DNA from: Eledone cirrhosa
Lineage: Eukaryota
Assembly: GCA_964016885.1 (NCBI GenBank)
Contig: OZ024751.1
Coordinates: forward strand, 52,452,001-52,516,000
Direction: 5' to 3'
Length of the DNA stretch: 64,000 nt
Part shown: positions 26,421 through 40,759 of the stretch, piece by piece
How the letters are laid out: each line of letters begins with the position of its first letter
Numbering within the stretch: the first letter of the stretch is position 1
Translations under genes and position numbers: made by a program
The notes under the pieces: generated by a model
What the model saw: the letters and a program-made list of their open reading frames with translations, nothing else
What the model was told of the DNA's origin: nothing
Databases searched by the model: none

Positions 26421-27000
26421 ATTTTATAATTGTAATGTTCTATATTAAGATACATTAATATATAAAATAGTCTATATAAACATATTAATGTATAAAATAG
26501 TCTATATAAACATATTAATATATAAAATAGTTTATATAAACACATTAATATATAAAATAGTTTATATAAACATATTAATATGTGTTAGGTAATTCCGAAG
26601 AAAAAGCAAAAGAAAAATGAGTGCTCTATGTATAGAAGAGAGCTATTTAATTAGACATTAATATATAAACAAATACATTACCATCACCAACAGTTCCTGT
26701 ATAATACACTCAAGTCTTGTTTATATCAGGTATACGTTTCTGATCTCAATAAAATTATTTAGCAGAAATGATCTAAAACAGGGTTGTTAATTCAAACGTT
26801 TATAGTATTTTTTACTAGTGAATAGATTGTAGTGAAAATATGCAGTATTAGAGTAAAGACTTTCATTCTTAATGTGTTGCAGTCATAGTAATATTTTGCA
26901 CTTTTCAAGAATGTCTTACTAATGTGGTTTCATGTGGTAAGAAGACATTAAGAGTTAATGATATCCACTGTTGTGGAAAGACTAATTAGATACTCTAAAG

Positions 27001-27295
27001 CAGTGATTCCCAACGTGGGGCACACATCCCACAGAGAAGCAATTTGAAAGTGATGTTAATGAGAACAAACATCAGGTTTTACTTTATTACTTTTACACCA
27101 AGGCAACTTTGGTTCACATTACTGTCAGAAACTCCTGCCTCACCCCTCCATATGTTATTGTGCATTTGGCACCACTTATACACCAATTTGTTTACACTTT
27201 GCAGTTGATCAGTGCTCTTTTTATGTCAAAGGGGGACATAACAATTTTTTAGATGTTGAGGTGGGATATGGTACACAAAAGGTTGGGAACAACTG
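27001..27295. mobile_element. hAT-type MITE
   Basis: TIRs cagtgattcccaac / gttgggaacaactg; exact 8-bp TSD CTCTAAAG at 26993-27000 and 27296-27303. Confidence 0.9.
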
Positions 27296-27984
27296 CTCTA
27301 AAGTTATGATATTTCCTTTGATTCAGATTCAGTGGATGTGAGGTTTGTTGTGTCAATGCTGCTATTACACTCCAAGGTTTTACTATTGCAATATATGTGC
27401 AAAATTAATGGAAGAAGTTGTATTCTTTACTCTTGTTTCCTTTTTTCGTGTTCTTTAACAGTTCATTCCCTTTTCTAATATTTATTATTATTTAATTTTA
27501 TCTTCTTACTTATTTATTAATTAATTTTTTTGCCTGTTGAATGACTTTTTATTCATTTTTATTATCTTACTAAACATTCCTGACTGTATTCTTTGATAAA
27601 CTTTGATTAAAACATCTTTTTTGTAACCTTAATAATCTACATTGTTATAAATTAATTACAAAAATCACTTCACTCCTCAGGATTGTTTCCTGTTTTCTCA
27701 TCCGATATCTTTCGATTTAGTTTAACATTTAAGAGAATATATGTTGATTCAGAAACTGTAAAAATAGTTGAAGAATTTGATCTCATAATGATGACCACAT
27801 CAAGCTATTGATCTGACTTGTTTATTTTTCAATTCATAAACTGTTTTTACAGTAATGGATTTTGATCAGACTCCAAGTTGTTTGAGATTTTATATATCCC
27901 AAGGGAACAATATTTTAAGGACCCATTAGTGATATGTATAAGATGTTCAGTATGTATATATATATATATATATATATTTAGTGA

Positions 27985-28090
27985 AGGCGTGTAGCTGAGT
28001 GGTTGGAGAATCGTGAGGTTGTGAGTTTGATTCCTGGACGGGGTGATGCATTATGTCCTTGAGCAAGACACTTTATTTCACGTTGCTCCT
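27985..28090 (+). mobile_element. SINE head (same family as 13660-13980)
   Basis: tagctgagtgg A-box, gagtttgattcc B-box, gtccttgagcaagacactttatttcac. Confidence 0.7.
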
Positions 28091-28374
28091 TCTACCTGGA
28101 GTTGCGACCGATAGATAGTACTAGCAATTGGAAAGACCAATGGAAACATTGTTTCCCCAGTCTGATTTGATGAAAGTCAATCGACTGTCGATATATATAT
28201 ATATATAAAATATTCTGAACTATGGCGTATAAAGATAAAGGTGTTTCAAAACAATGTATTCAACAACTAAAACATGAAATTAATTTGTTTTTAGAAGAGT
28301 TTTATTCTATGTAAAGTATTGTTGTGTTTGTTGCTTATGCCTGTAGATGTCGACCACATCAATATCCTTATCTT

Positions 28375-29185
28375 CACTATCACCACCACCAACTCGGCCA
28401 CCACTATCACCACTTCAACCACCATCACAACTATCATCAATACCACCTGAGCCACCACCATCGCCACTATCACCACCTCAACCACCACCACAACCACCAT
28501 CCCCATCACAGCAATCACCAGCTCCACCATCGTCATTATCACCACATTAACCACATCTTTCACCAGTACCACCACCATCATCAGCACCACCTCGACTACC
28601 ACCAACACCGTCACCATCACATTATCATCAATACCACCTCTGCCACTGAAATTACCATCACCACCACTCATTTCAACCGAGCACCATCACCACAAATATC
28701 ACTTCAACCACCAGTACCATCATCACCAGCGACCCTTCAACCACAATCACCATCTCAACCACTACCACCATCACCACTACCACAATCACCACTATCACCA
28801 CCACCACCACCTCAACCACTACCATCACCACTACCACCATCACCACTACCACTATCACCACTACCACTACCACCATCTCAACCACTACCACCACCACCAC
28901 TATCTCAACCACTACCACTACCTCAACGACTACCATCATCACCACTACCACTACCATCATCTCAACCACTACCACCACCACTATCTCAACCACTACCACT
29001 ACCACCATCTCAACGACTACCACCATCACCACTACCACTACCACCATCTCAACCACTACCACTACCTCAACCACTACCACCATCACCATTACCACTATCA
29101 CCACCTCAACCACCAACTCAACCACTACCACCACCATAACCATGTCACTATCACTAGCATCACATCAACAACTACCACCACCAGC
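28375..29185. repeat. (ACC/ATC/ACT)n trinucleotide low-complexity array
   Basis: Directly visible; yields poly-His/Pro/Thr/Val ORFs. Confidence 0.95.
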
Positions 29186-29649
29186 CATAGCTGTGGTTGT
29201 TACATCTTCTTCATTGATTTAATAATAAAGTCAACACATGATTAATTAGTTATATTTTACCACAGCTCAATCTCTCCCTCTAGATTTACTGAATTTCAAG
29301 CGCTTATTGTTGTCGTTGTCGTCGTCGTTGTTGTTGGTGGTGTCATTGTTGTTGTTGTCGTTTTGTTGTCGTCATCGTTGTTGCTGTCGTTATCGTTGTT
29401 GCTGACGTCATCGATGTTGTCGTCGTTGTTAGATTAATGGCTCGAGAGAAAGGTTAGAACGTCGGATAAAATGCCATTGTGGCATTTGTTCTGAGTTCAA
29501 TTCCTGCTCAAGGTTAATAAAATAAAGTACCAGTCAGGTACTGTGATCAATGTAATGACTTTCCCTTCCCCCAAAGCCTTGTGCGTAAATAAGAAACCAT
29601 TATTATTATTGTTGTTGTTGCTCTTTATTGTCTCATTTGATTATTCCAG

Positions 29650-29767
29650 AGAGCGAGAAGAAGATCGAGACTTAGAGGGTATAATGCTCACCAAAGGATT
29701 TGAATTGTCTCCGCTCAGCTGCATTCGCCCTCCGAAAGGACCATCACGCTTAGGTACAACTTCATGA
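29650..29767 (+). CDS. MICAL: MICAL terminal coding exon
   Basis: ttattccag acceptor; EREEDRDLEGIMLTKGFELSPLSCIRPPKGPSRLGTTS-stop, like MICAL3 EREEDKDLEAAMLSKGF. Confidence 0.92.
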
Positions 29768-30252
29768 TAAAACATTCTTCTCCAAGATACACCAGATTGT
29801 TGGAAATATTTTATTTTAACTTTCACAGACAGCCAAAAATGAAGATATTTAGTTTCAAAGCTCACAATAGGTCCTACGTAAAGAAACAAACATGTCGGTT
29901 ATCATTTGTTTGTTTGTTTTTTGTTTTTGTTTTTGGTCAAAACTCGCAATGGTTATTCAGGGGGAGGCAACTAATCCCTGTCTTTAACCTGATTGGATCT
30001 ACTCTCGACGCTTTATATCTATAGAGGGAGACAACTGTGTCTTCTACTTTCACGCTTTCTATTATTATGCAACATTCAGGTGGTTCAAATTATTTGAAGA
30101 AAAAAAAAAAACATTTACAAAAGAATATCTCACGTAATGAAAACCAAAAATAAAATAAATAAATGAAATATAAAAAGAATGAAGTCATTTTTTTCCCCAT
30201 AAAAATCCCCTCAAAAAAAAAAAACGAAAGAGAAAATAGAATTTCATTATTA

Positions 30253-30430
30253 CAGTATCGGTAGAGAGTCGGACGCCATGCTTTCCAGCATAGTTACGTC
30301 CCTTTACGATCTGAGTTCAAATCCCGCCGAGGTTGACTTTGCCTTTCATCCTTACGGGGTCGATAAAATAAAGTACCAGTAATGCACTGGGTAATTGCTG
30401 GCCTTGTGCCTAAAATAGAAACAATTATTA
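30253..30430 (+). mobile_element. tRNA-derived SINE
   Basis: Matches 26236-26420. Confidence 0.85.
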
Positions 30431-31599
30431 ATATATCAAGACCTTCAAAAATGAGTCTGAAAAAGAAAATAACTAAAAATACTATTTTATACGTGAAATA
30501 ATATATAGCAGTTCTCTCCCTTGGTTTCTTTCTCTGTTGGTGTACTATGGGCCCCTACACTGATTGCAATCTTACAAACTACAATGCAGTCATTTTAGAT
30601 GCTGTATGCTGTTGGTGCATTCGACCCTGCACTATTACAAACAGCAGTGCAGTCAGTTCAGAGGATGTATGCTTGTTGTGTGTGTCATCTCTCCCAGCTT
30701 GTAGTGAAGAAACACGTTGGAACAAAGAACTTAACTTTTTTTCTTGTGTTTGCAAATACATGTGTAATATTTTAGCCCCCCCCCCCCCCCCCCAATATCA
30801 GCCTGTTGTCAACTTGAACTTACATCATCAGAAATTAATGTTCTCTCTCTCTCTCACATATATATATATATATAGACATCTTGGAATTTTACTTTTAGCT
30901 TCATTTTCCCCCAAGCAGAGTGCAGGGGACATTCTGTGACTTTGAAATACGTTTGAATGATTAAAAAAACACAACAAAAAAATATTTATTTTTCAGTTCC
31001 CTAACTTTTAATACTGCTTTATATATTATCATCCCTTATTATTTTTATTTTTATCCCCTCTCTCATGTGATTTACTTTGACTTGAAAAGAAAAACCCATG
31101 AAGACTATCATAATTTTTCCCTCCTAGCATGCCATAGCAAAGGTGGGTTGTCTGGATCCTTTTCTCCTTAGATCTGATAGATCAATGTCATTTAAGCCTC
31201 AGATAACTCATCTAAAGACTTTCTCTATTATAACTTTCTAATGGATCATATTCTCAAACAACACAGACAGCTATCATCAGGAATCTATATAACTTAAACC
31301 TTAAACTGTTATCAGCAATATAACAAGTATTCATCCCATAACACACACACACAGTTATTTCTTTCTAATATCCACCATGTTAAAACTCTATAAACTAAAC
31401 AGCAGATTATCTCATGAAGTGTTGATATCATTAGCTTTAATAGGATATCATAGTGGAATAATCTGATTGGACCAAAATATGATTGTTATTCCTCCTTATT
31501 TATTTATCTATTTATTATATGTATATATATATGTGTGTGTATACATATGTGTGTGTGTGTATGTATACATACGTGTATACGTGTGTGTGTGTGTATACA

Positions 31600-31860
31600 T
31601 ATGTGTGTGTATGTATACATACGTGTATATGTATACATATGTGTATATGTATACATATGTGTATATGTATACATATGTGTATATGTATACATATGTGTAT
31701 ATGTATACATGTGTATATGTATACATATGTGTATATGTATACATATGTGTATATGTATACATGTGTATATGTATACATATGTGTATATGTACACATATGT
31801 GTATATGTACACATATGTGTATATGTACACATATGTGTATATGTACACATGTGTATATAT
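31600..31860. repeat. 18-bp minisatellite (acatatgtgtatatgtat)n
   Basis: Directly visible. Confidence 0.9.
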
Positions 31861-31895
31861 GTAGATGTATGTATATATGTATGTGTATCTGCATA

Positions 31896-31932
<37 letters not shown>

Positions 31933-32570
31933 GCTGTGTCTATGGAATGTCCTATCTATGCAACATCTTCTCTCGTGTAAATTTATGGTTTATTTCTAGT
32001 AGGGTTTCTTTTTTGTTCTTTTCTGTTCTCATTGCAACTTATTTCACAATCCTTCTCCAACCATTCCATCACAAATATTAAAGTGTACTTACATTTTGTT
32101 GTTGCGAAACAGTGAGTTTCACAAAACAAAGTAGTACTAATACTCATCACTTGCCTTTTGCTAGTAAACCACTGTTGTGATTCAAAAACTAGTAATAGTA
32201 ATAGTATTAGTAGTAGTAATAATAATATATTTGCACTATGATGTCTGGCTAGACTTATCTTTTGTTTGTAATATATTCTCTGGGTTCTTTTAGACTGTAA
32301 TACACCATAAGAACAGACTACAAAATTTTAGAACATATGTTTCCATTTTTTAGCGTGTCAGAATATATATATATATATTATACTTGGGGAGGGTCATATT
32401 TGTGTAATAATATTGCCAGAATTAATAACAACACACACTCACTGTTTGGTTGGTTTTCGCTTCTGTGTCTTTTATATCGGTTAATTTAATTTATTCGGTC
32501 CTCAATGTTACCATTGACTGACCAACGGTCAAAAATACATATGTATTATATATATATATATATATATATA

Positions 32571-32779
32571 AAAATACAGAGACCAAAATCCAAAGAGGAC
32601 TCGACAGTGGTTGTATATATTTAAGTATATATAAACTCATAGAGCAAATATTTATTATTAGAATAGATTAAAAGTTTAAGCAAAAAACTTTCGCTTTCAC
32701 CCTAAGCAGGATCATCTGAAGCTTAGGGTAAAAGCAGAAGTTTTTTGCTTAAACTTTTAATCTACACTAATAATAAATA
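32571..32779. mobile_element. Mini fold-back PLE end related to family B, with CAGATGA hammerhead fold (32672-32724, minus)
   Basis: Tail on left, arms about 32648-32707 and 32721-32779; similar to 22172-22300. Confidence 0.75.
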
Positions 32780-32802
32780 CATATATATATATACATACAT
32801 AT

Positions 32803-32997
32803 ATATTATAAAGAGTCAGGACTCGAAGGCTAAGCTTTTGCCATTTCAACAGCTAGTTCTAGTACACTTGTGTCTGGAACTAGCGGTTGAAACGGCAAGA
32901 GGTCAGTCGTTGGTTCTCGACTCTTTATAATATAACCATACTCTGCTACCCCAAGTATCGAGTACTCTGTTGAATAATGGTCTAACCAGTTAGTTTA
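32803..32997 (+). mobile_element. Mini fold-back PLE end
   Basis: Imperfect arms centred near 32868; GAAAcggc..gtcgTT half-hammerhead; tail actct..gagtactctg; related to 53541-53739. Confidence 0.7.
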
Positions 32998-32999
32998 TA

Positions 33000-33048
<49 letters not shown>

Positions 33049-33610
33049 CATACAGACACACATATGTGTATATATAGTTAAAGACTGAGCCAATTGTTAT
33101 TTAATTTTTTTTTTTTTACTTTTTAGCTAAAATATTTGAATATTTGAAAGCTTCAAAAAACAACTGATTATTTTCTCAGCTCAACAATTTAATTAGTTGT
33201 AAATATAATAACAACAACAACAATAATACAGGTCGTCTGTTGTTTTGTGACACTTGCACTGGTATATATGTATTTAAGAATGTGATAAACTTTTTCAAAC
33301 ATATGTGTGTGTGCATATTGTGACAAAGCACTGTAACTGCTTCACAATAGTAATAGTAGTAAGTGTAGTAGTGGTCGTTGTTGTAGTAGTTGTTGTAATA
33401 TTGTGGTAATAGTAGTAGCATCAGCTGCCGCTATTACTACTACTACTACTACTACTACTACTGCTACTTACTACATTTCAGTATATTGTAGCCAGGCTTC
33501 TTCTATTCTATGCAGGAAAGAGACCTCCTTCCCCTCCACTCCACTCAGTCACTCATAAAATGTTCACAATTATAATTTCAAAACCTGCAGGAAAGTAAAA
33601 AGTAAGTAAG

Positions 33611-33641
<31 letters not shown>

Positions 33642-33771
33642 AGTAGAATGAAAGAAAGGATGGAAGATAAAAGAGAGATAAAAGATAAAAGAAAAAGAAA
33701 TGTTATCAACTCCTATTGAATTCGCTGCTGTGGTACAGTCTGAAAATCGGACGCATTTTTTTTTTTTTCAT

Positions 33772-33811
<40 letters not shown>

Positions 33812-34213
33812 TTTATTTACATGGTCCATTATATTTTTTCCGTGCATTGAAAAAGAAATCACGGTAGCAAAACAAATGTAACCAGAAAAAGAACTATTGC
33901 TGCACTTACAAATTGTTATGCTGGTATCTAGCATGATAAATATCTCTGTTCTTACAAATTCCATGTCAAAGAAATAAACTGAATTAATAAATAAAAACAA
34001 ATATTTAAAAAAAAAATAATTAATAAAAAAAAAAGACTGACCAAATTCTATTCCTCTGGTGACAGTTTAAAAATACCTGAATTAGATTTCAAATACTATT
34101 AAATATCAAAATTCCTTCTTCCCCCCTCCTCCTCTTTCTACACTTCGTCCTTCCCCTCCTCTTTCCCCCTCTTCCAATAGTCTTCCTCCAATATTCCATA
34201 CAATGTTTTTAGT

Positions 34214-34870
34214 CATCATCATCATCATCATCACTTGTCCACTTTCCATACTGGCATGTGTTGGACAGGTTGTCACAGTTTGAAACCAGGAGCTCATAGA
34301 TGTTGTTATCCAACCATCTTGCTCAGGGTCTACCCCTAGGCCTCCTGCTGGCTGGTTTTACCCATAAAATCTGTCCAGCAATCCTTTCCCGAGACATTCT
34401 AACCACATGCCCATAGTATCGAAGCTGTGATCTCTCAATTTGAAAAAGTAGTGACTCTGAGTAATATTACTCCAAAGACCCTTTGGAGGAACCCCATTTT
34501 GGCCACTTGTATTCACTATCGTATTCTTCCAGTTATAACCCAAGATTTATGACTATAGGTAAAGGTTGGCATGAATATTGAATTGAAGATAGCGAGTTTG
34601 GCTTTTACACCTACCTCCATTTTTCTGATTACCGAATGCTGAAGCTGGCACATTACAGCACCAGCTCCTGCAATTATTGAACTTAATTCAGCCTCCTGCC
34701 TTCTTGAACACAGTCCTGAGATACTTGAACTTCTCCACTTGCTTCAGTGGAACTCCATTCACATGTAGAGTGCACTGCGCAGGCTTTCTTGGGAGGAGGA
34801 GGTCTCAGTTTTCACAGCACAGATCTTCATTCTAGCCATGCAACACTCAGCATCAAACCTATCAAGTGGT
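34214..34870 (-). mobile_element. Decayed RTE fragment(s)
   Basis: Minus strand similar to 22850-23292 (catgtggttagaatgtc, RRPRGRP-type coding); (GAT)n RTE tail at 34214-34280. Confidence 0.65.
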
Positions 34871-35428
34871 GTTTATCTACAATATGAAAGTGACACCAAT
34901 GATTTTCTCAGAACCATAATATAGTAGTAGTAACAGCATATAGTCCCAGGAAGAAAGACATGCAGCCAAAACTCCCTCAGAACTAACTGGAAAGGATTCA
35001 GGAGGAGATCCTGAAGCAAAACTGGACTGACAGTCTCTCTATGCAATACATCAGTATACAGCTTGATCATTTCATGACAACAATACAAGCCATATATGCC
35101 TTAAGTTTGTCCTAGAAAGAAATCACAGTTAAAAAAGATACTCAAAACAATGGTAGAGTATAGGCATCTTTATTTTATATATAGAAATGACTTCTATGGG
35201 ACTAGAACTGTTTCATTCATATGAAATCAGGGATGTCATAAGAGTTATCTACTTTCAAAGCTGACAGTAACATTGGGCAAAAATATTTCAGTGGAGTGTG
35301 CTGTTGCCTTGTTTGAGCTGTGATTGTGGCGTGCAGTAGTGACAATGCCAGGGTGAGGGGTTGTCTTTTCGATATATAATAATAATAATGAAATTATTGT
35401 GTAAAGTGCTCAGGTGCACTACAACTCG

Positions 35429-38340
35429 TCAAAGGTGTATGTATAGTACATAGAATAATACACAAATGTCAGGGAAGTGAACAGTGTCATAGTATACATG
35501 TGTGTATGGAGGGGGAACATTAGCTGTAGTGTTGGCGGATCTCGGAAAGCATGGAGGCCTTAAAGGATGCAGTGTCTCGACAGCTAACAACTGATGAAGG
35601 TAGTTTGTTCCATGCTTCAGCAACTCTGAGCGTGAAAAATGTTTTCGAAAGTCATGGGAACAGTGCTGTTTTCTGACTTTGTGGGCATGTCCACGTGTGT
35701 TAGACACATGGAAATCAAAAAGGTACTCAGGGTTGTTGTTGGCAACATGGTTAACAATTTTGTGGGTGTTTACCAAGTCGGCTGCCAGGCGTCGGAGCTT
35801 CAATGTATCCATGCCCAGGGAAGCAAGGCGCTCAGAGTATGGTAGATGCCTGATGGAGGGTATTCGCTTGGTTGCACGTCTCTGAACAGTTTCCAGGCGG
35901 TCAATGTTCTGAGCAAGATAGGGGTTCCAGACTGGTGATGCAAATTCTAAGTGTGGTCGTACCATAGCCATGTACAGCCTTAAATAGATATCTGGAGAGC
36001 GGCTGACAAAGGTCTTGCTGAGTGATGTTAAGACACCCTCGGCCCTCTTGACAATTTTAGAGACGTGCTTCGTCCAACGCAAATCGCTGCTGACTGTAAT
36101 GCCCAGGTCACGTTCACAAGAAGACTTCTTGATATTAGTGCTGTGGAGGGAGTATGTGGACGCTGGGTTTTTACTCCCAAAATGCATGGTGGTTCACTTG
36201 TCCACAGCTAGCTTGAGTTGCCAGTCTGAGATCCATTGTTGCATTGTATCCAGGTCAGACTGCAAGCAAGATCTATAGTGTTCAGGATCTGTCCTTTTTA
36301 TCTCAAAGTACAACTTGATGTCATCTGCGTACTTTAGTACCGTGGTATTCTTTAAGTTGGCATCTATGTCATTAATATATGCCACAAACAAAAGGGGGCC
36401 AAGAACAGATCCCTGTGGTACACCAGATGACATCTCATATGGTGAGGAATGCTGTCCCAGAACCGTGACTACCTCTCTTCGACTGAGAATGAATGACTTC
36501 AACCAGTTAAAAAGATCATCCTTCATACCCATTGCAGAGAGTTTTGCCATAAGCCTTTTGTGTGGCACAGAATTGAAGGCTTTCGCAAAGTCAAGGTAAA
36601 CAACATCCACCCATGAGCCGCCATCAGTGATCCGAGTGATGTCCTCAAGAAACTCTATAAGTTGATCACAGCAGCTGGAGTTGGGGATAAATCCAAATTG
36701 CGAGGGCTGGATAAGACTGTGAGAGCTCCAGAAGTTCCAAAGTGTTTCTCTGACACAGGATTCCATCAGTTTGGCGATGCAACTAGTAAGACTGACTGGA
36801 CGATAGTTCACAGGTGATGTGCAGTCACCCTTTTTGAACAGAGGAATGACACTGGCAGTTTTCCACTGTTCTGGAGTAGCACTGTTGTTCAGACAGAATT
36901 GGAAGAAGCGTGATAACTGGTGCAGAAGGACGTACCCACCACGTTTAAGAAGCAGGTACATAACACCAAGACTAGGAGAGGCATGGTTGCGTTTATTTTT
37001 TAGGTGACGTCGCAGCATTGCAGGTGTAAATTCCATGGTTGTAATAGAGTCCGGTGTCATAGGTGGTGGAGATGGTACACTCTGGTCTTCAATAGTGAAA
37101 ATGCCTGCATAGCATTCAGCAATGAGCTCTGCGCATTCCTTGGGGGCATCAGTAACCTGGCTTGTGTGGGGATTGCGAAGAGGACCAACTGGAGAGTGAG
37201 GCCTCTGCTTTGAGTGAACATACTTTCAGAACACCTTACTGTCAGGGCTGGTTGCTATGCGCTGCTCAAATTGAAGCACTGCCTTTTTTGTCACCTGTTT
37301 GAGGTGGTTGGACGATCTATTTCGCCTCTTCCTATTAATGTCTGATTTGTGAAGTTTGTACTCACGTTCAGCATTGCGCCGTTCTTTTCTGGCAAGACGA
37401 ACTGCTGCTGTCTCCTAAATTGCACTTTTGGGATGTTTTTTCCGCTTACGTGGCACCGATGCTGCACATGCTGTCCATATTGAGCTCAGGATGTTCTGGA
37501 GTACAGTGTTGACATCTCCACAGCCATAGAACTCAAGCCAGTTTGGCCGTTGCAACTCGGTGCAGTAACAGTTCCAGTCTGCTTTATTCCAGTCAAAGTG
37601 AGCAGCTTGGAGATGGTTGTGGTTCTTGTTACTGCCCATGAGGGATAGATTGGCAATGATCATAGCATGATCAGAGTCACCTAAAGGTTCCTCAGCAGTA
37701 ACACTAATGACCGTTTCAGGAGTAATGGTGAAGAGTAGGTCCAAAGTGTTGTCACCTCTTGTTGGGGAGGTGACCACCTGGGACCAACTCGAGTCCAGCA
37801 CTAGCTCAAGGAAGTCATTTGCACTTGGCGGCCAACGAAAGGTTTCCCAGTCAATCTCAGGGTGATTGAAGTCTCCTGCAATGAAAACATAAGTGGCTGT
37901 CTTCTTGGCAGCAGCTCTGGGGATATCACAAAGTTGAGTGTCCTGATGGTAATTTGGGGGACGGTAAACGACTCCAAGTAGCAGTGTTGACATGGTCATA
38001 CGTATATCGCAGAAAAAAACTTCCTGCTGTGATTGGTTCAAATCAGCACAAGGAATTGCCGACAGATTTGACCGAACGTAGACCATTACACCACCACCAC
38101 CACCACCACCACCACCACGATTAATGCGATCTTTACGAAACAGGTTGTAGCTAGTCATGCTGAAAACCTCATCACAGAGTAAGGGATGTGCCCAAGTTTC
38201 CGTGACTGTAATGAAGTCGGGGTTGATACTTTTGACAGGAGTCAAAAAGATGAATCTTATTGCATAGACTACGTGCATTCAAGGACAACAATTTGTACCT
38301 TGATTCCAGTCTATGATTATGTGCAGGGGATGGCAGGTTG
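35429..38340 (-). pseudogene. CR1 ORF2 (AP endonuclease plus RT) with stops and frameshifts
   Basis: VTETW, VYRPP, AGDFNHP, LDL, SDH; NYRPVSLTS, YLDFAKAF, GVPQGSVLGPLLF, YADD, ERDLG, VRPHLEFASPVWNP. Confidence 0.9.
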
Positions 38341-38347
38341 TTCTGAT

Positions 38348-39589
38348 TTAGTTTCCCAGAGTTTTTTCAGTTTCTTTATTGTCAGTTGTTGTGGGTACAG
38401 TGTTTTCAGACCAGCTGGTGTCTCTTTTCCATGTTTCGCCAGCCTTAACAAACTTCCATATCTGCCCATCATCTCGTAGGCTGAAACTTTCATGTTCTGC
38501 TGAGCTGCGGTTTAAGGAAGCTGCAGCACGCAACTTTGGGCGGACATCAGGTGGAAGACCAGGGCGTGTTCGGAAAGCAATCCGACTTTCACGCCTAGCT
38601 TTATCAGAGGCTACAAGTTATGAACGTGCCTCAGTTGAGTTTGAAAACGACAGTCTAATTAGCCTGGTTTTCGGACCTGGTCGGCCAAGGCGTAGAGCAC
38701 CCTTTGCGGGAGCACAGCCCAGGTCTTTGGATGAACTGGCAGCAAATGCCTGAAGATCAACTATGTCTTCTGGTACACCAATGGCAATCACTTCGTGGTT
38801 TGCAGATTCAGTGGTATTCTCAATGCGTCTAGGTTCAACATGAGGTACGCGGAGATTTTTTAACAAGGCACTCCGGTAAGATCCCTCATTGTGGGGTTCT
38901 ACACGGACGCTTGATTTTATTTCCGCTATTTCTTGGCTTAAAGCGGAAATCATTTGCCGTATTTCCTCAAACTCCGTATTGACGGTCGGTTTTTGTTGTT
39001 GTTCTTCTCCTTCAACAGGCATGGTAGCAGAAGACACAGTCATCGGTTGTTGTTGTTGTTGAAAAGTGACGGGTGAGGAAGACATGGGTTGCTGTTGTTG
39101 ATGAAGTCCTTCAACGGGGGTAGGAGCAGAAGCTACGGTCGTTGGTTTTTGCTGTTGTTCAGGAACAATGGTAGAAGAAGACACGATCCTCGGTTTTTGT
39201 TGTTGTTGTTTGGGAACAACGGTAGAAGAAGACACGATCTTCAGTTTTTGTTGTTGTTGTTCCGCAGCAATGGGAGAAGCAGGCATACAGTCCAGGCACT
39301 GAAAGGACCAGTTTGTTAGCTGGACCATCTCCCAGAGTCTATCCATCGTAGCAATATGATGTTTCTTGTTTTGGCCTGGGATCTTCCGGAAGCCTGTGGC
39401 GCATTGAAGGCAGACAGAGATGTGACAGGTTCCACATTCGACCCAACGATTACGGAACGAGTTTTCGGGTTCCGTACAGATATGGCAGATGTGATCTTCT
39501 GGGCAATGTTCTATTTTGGAACATCGACCAGTTTTGTCGCATACTTCATCGATGGATATCACCATGGCAATTTTGTTATTTCTGCTCAT
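38348..39589 (-). pseudogene. CR1 ORF1 with PHD-like finger and Gln-rich repeats; one in-frame stop at 38618-38620
   Basis: CHIC..WVECGTC...CLQC..FQCLDC, coiled coil, RLGRPGPKTRLIRLSF; same frame continues to 38348. Confidence 0.8.
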
Positions 39590-40759
39590 CCGTAGAAAAA
39601 CACAGAATGTAAACAATTTAGGTTTAGCGCACTTGATTACGATAGAAATAAAATGTCTGTTTTTTGTTTTGTTTTTTTTGTGTATTTTGTTTCCGTTTTC
39701 CTAAATGTTGTGTATGTGTCACAGAAGAGTCTGCGCATGAAACAAATAAATATGCTGCGTAAGTTAAATGAAACGTACTGTAGAAGGCAGTTGTTTATTA
39801 ACAGCGAAATAACGTTTTTTTCCTGATACTGCTTCTTTATAATAAACTTTCAATAATATTTTTCAAATTATTAACTTTCAGCTGCTAGTATATATATATA
39901 TATAATTAAAAGGTGTATGTGGGTTAGAAGCGAAGTCAATGTTCAGAGATATTTTACAAATGTACGTAAGATTGGCCGGTATAGTGTCTCACACGAAATA
40001 GTGTGGTTTCTTTTCACTTGTGTGTATATGCATGTGGTATATATCTGTATATAAATCTGTGTTATATTGTTGTTTATATGTTTTGTGGAGTACTTACTGC
40101 GATCCCTAAGGGATGTAGTGATTTGTTGTTTTTTTTTCTTTTTTCCCGTCCATGTCTACACGTGGTTTGTTGGCGAAAATCAAGTCAAATTAAATATACT
40201 TCGTTAAAATAATTCTATGTTGAAGCTGGTACTAATTGTCAGGGAACAGTCAAAGTAATTGTAATAATGAATATTGTAATCCATCTGACATGTGTTTAAA
40301 GGGCAGTTTTTTGGTGAAAATATTATATTTTGTTTGGTCAAGACGTGGTCAAGCGACCTTCCTTGTCGCCATTATATATAACTTCAACCATTCTGTTGAG
40401 AGCTTTATTCGATTTGTATAAGGAACTATGTTTACTGACTGGTGCAGCTAGATTACAGTAACAAAAAAAAATCAACAATCTGGCCCTCACCCACACAAAC
40501 AGCAGTACTGGTGGAGAAAGTGTTGTGGTGGACATGAAGTAGTGATGAATTATGACGAGAAAGAAATAGAGAATTAGAGGAGGAAGAGAGAGCAGGAGAA
40601 ATGAGGGAGATAGAGAGAGAAAATAAGGATGAGATAGATTGATAGATCAAGAGTGAGTGAGAGGTAGTATGTGTGAGGCGAAGTAAGTCAGAAGTAAAAT
40701 ATGTAGGAAGTGATGATTGGGGGAATTTCGGAAATAGTTGAAGGCAACAGATGAAACTA

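Larger units (their letters stand above)
35377..39760 (-). mobile_element. Near full-length CR1-type LINE, disabled
   Basis: ORF1 and ORF2 (APE, RT) in order, (ATT)n 3' tail; 5' boundary approximate. Confidence 0.88.

Noticed and set aside
28291-29143. His/Pro/Val-rich ORFs of up to 271 aa
   Set aside because: Trinucleotide low-complexity tract inside an intron whose flanking exons already splice in frame
33980-34030. AATAAA cluster as the MICAL polyadenylation site
   Set aside because: AATAAA is too frequent in this AT-rich region to assign without 3' end data
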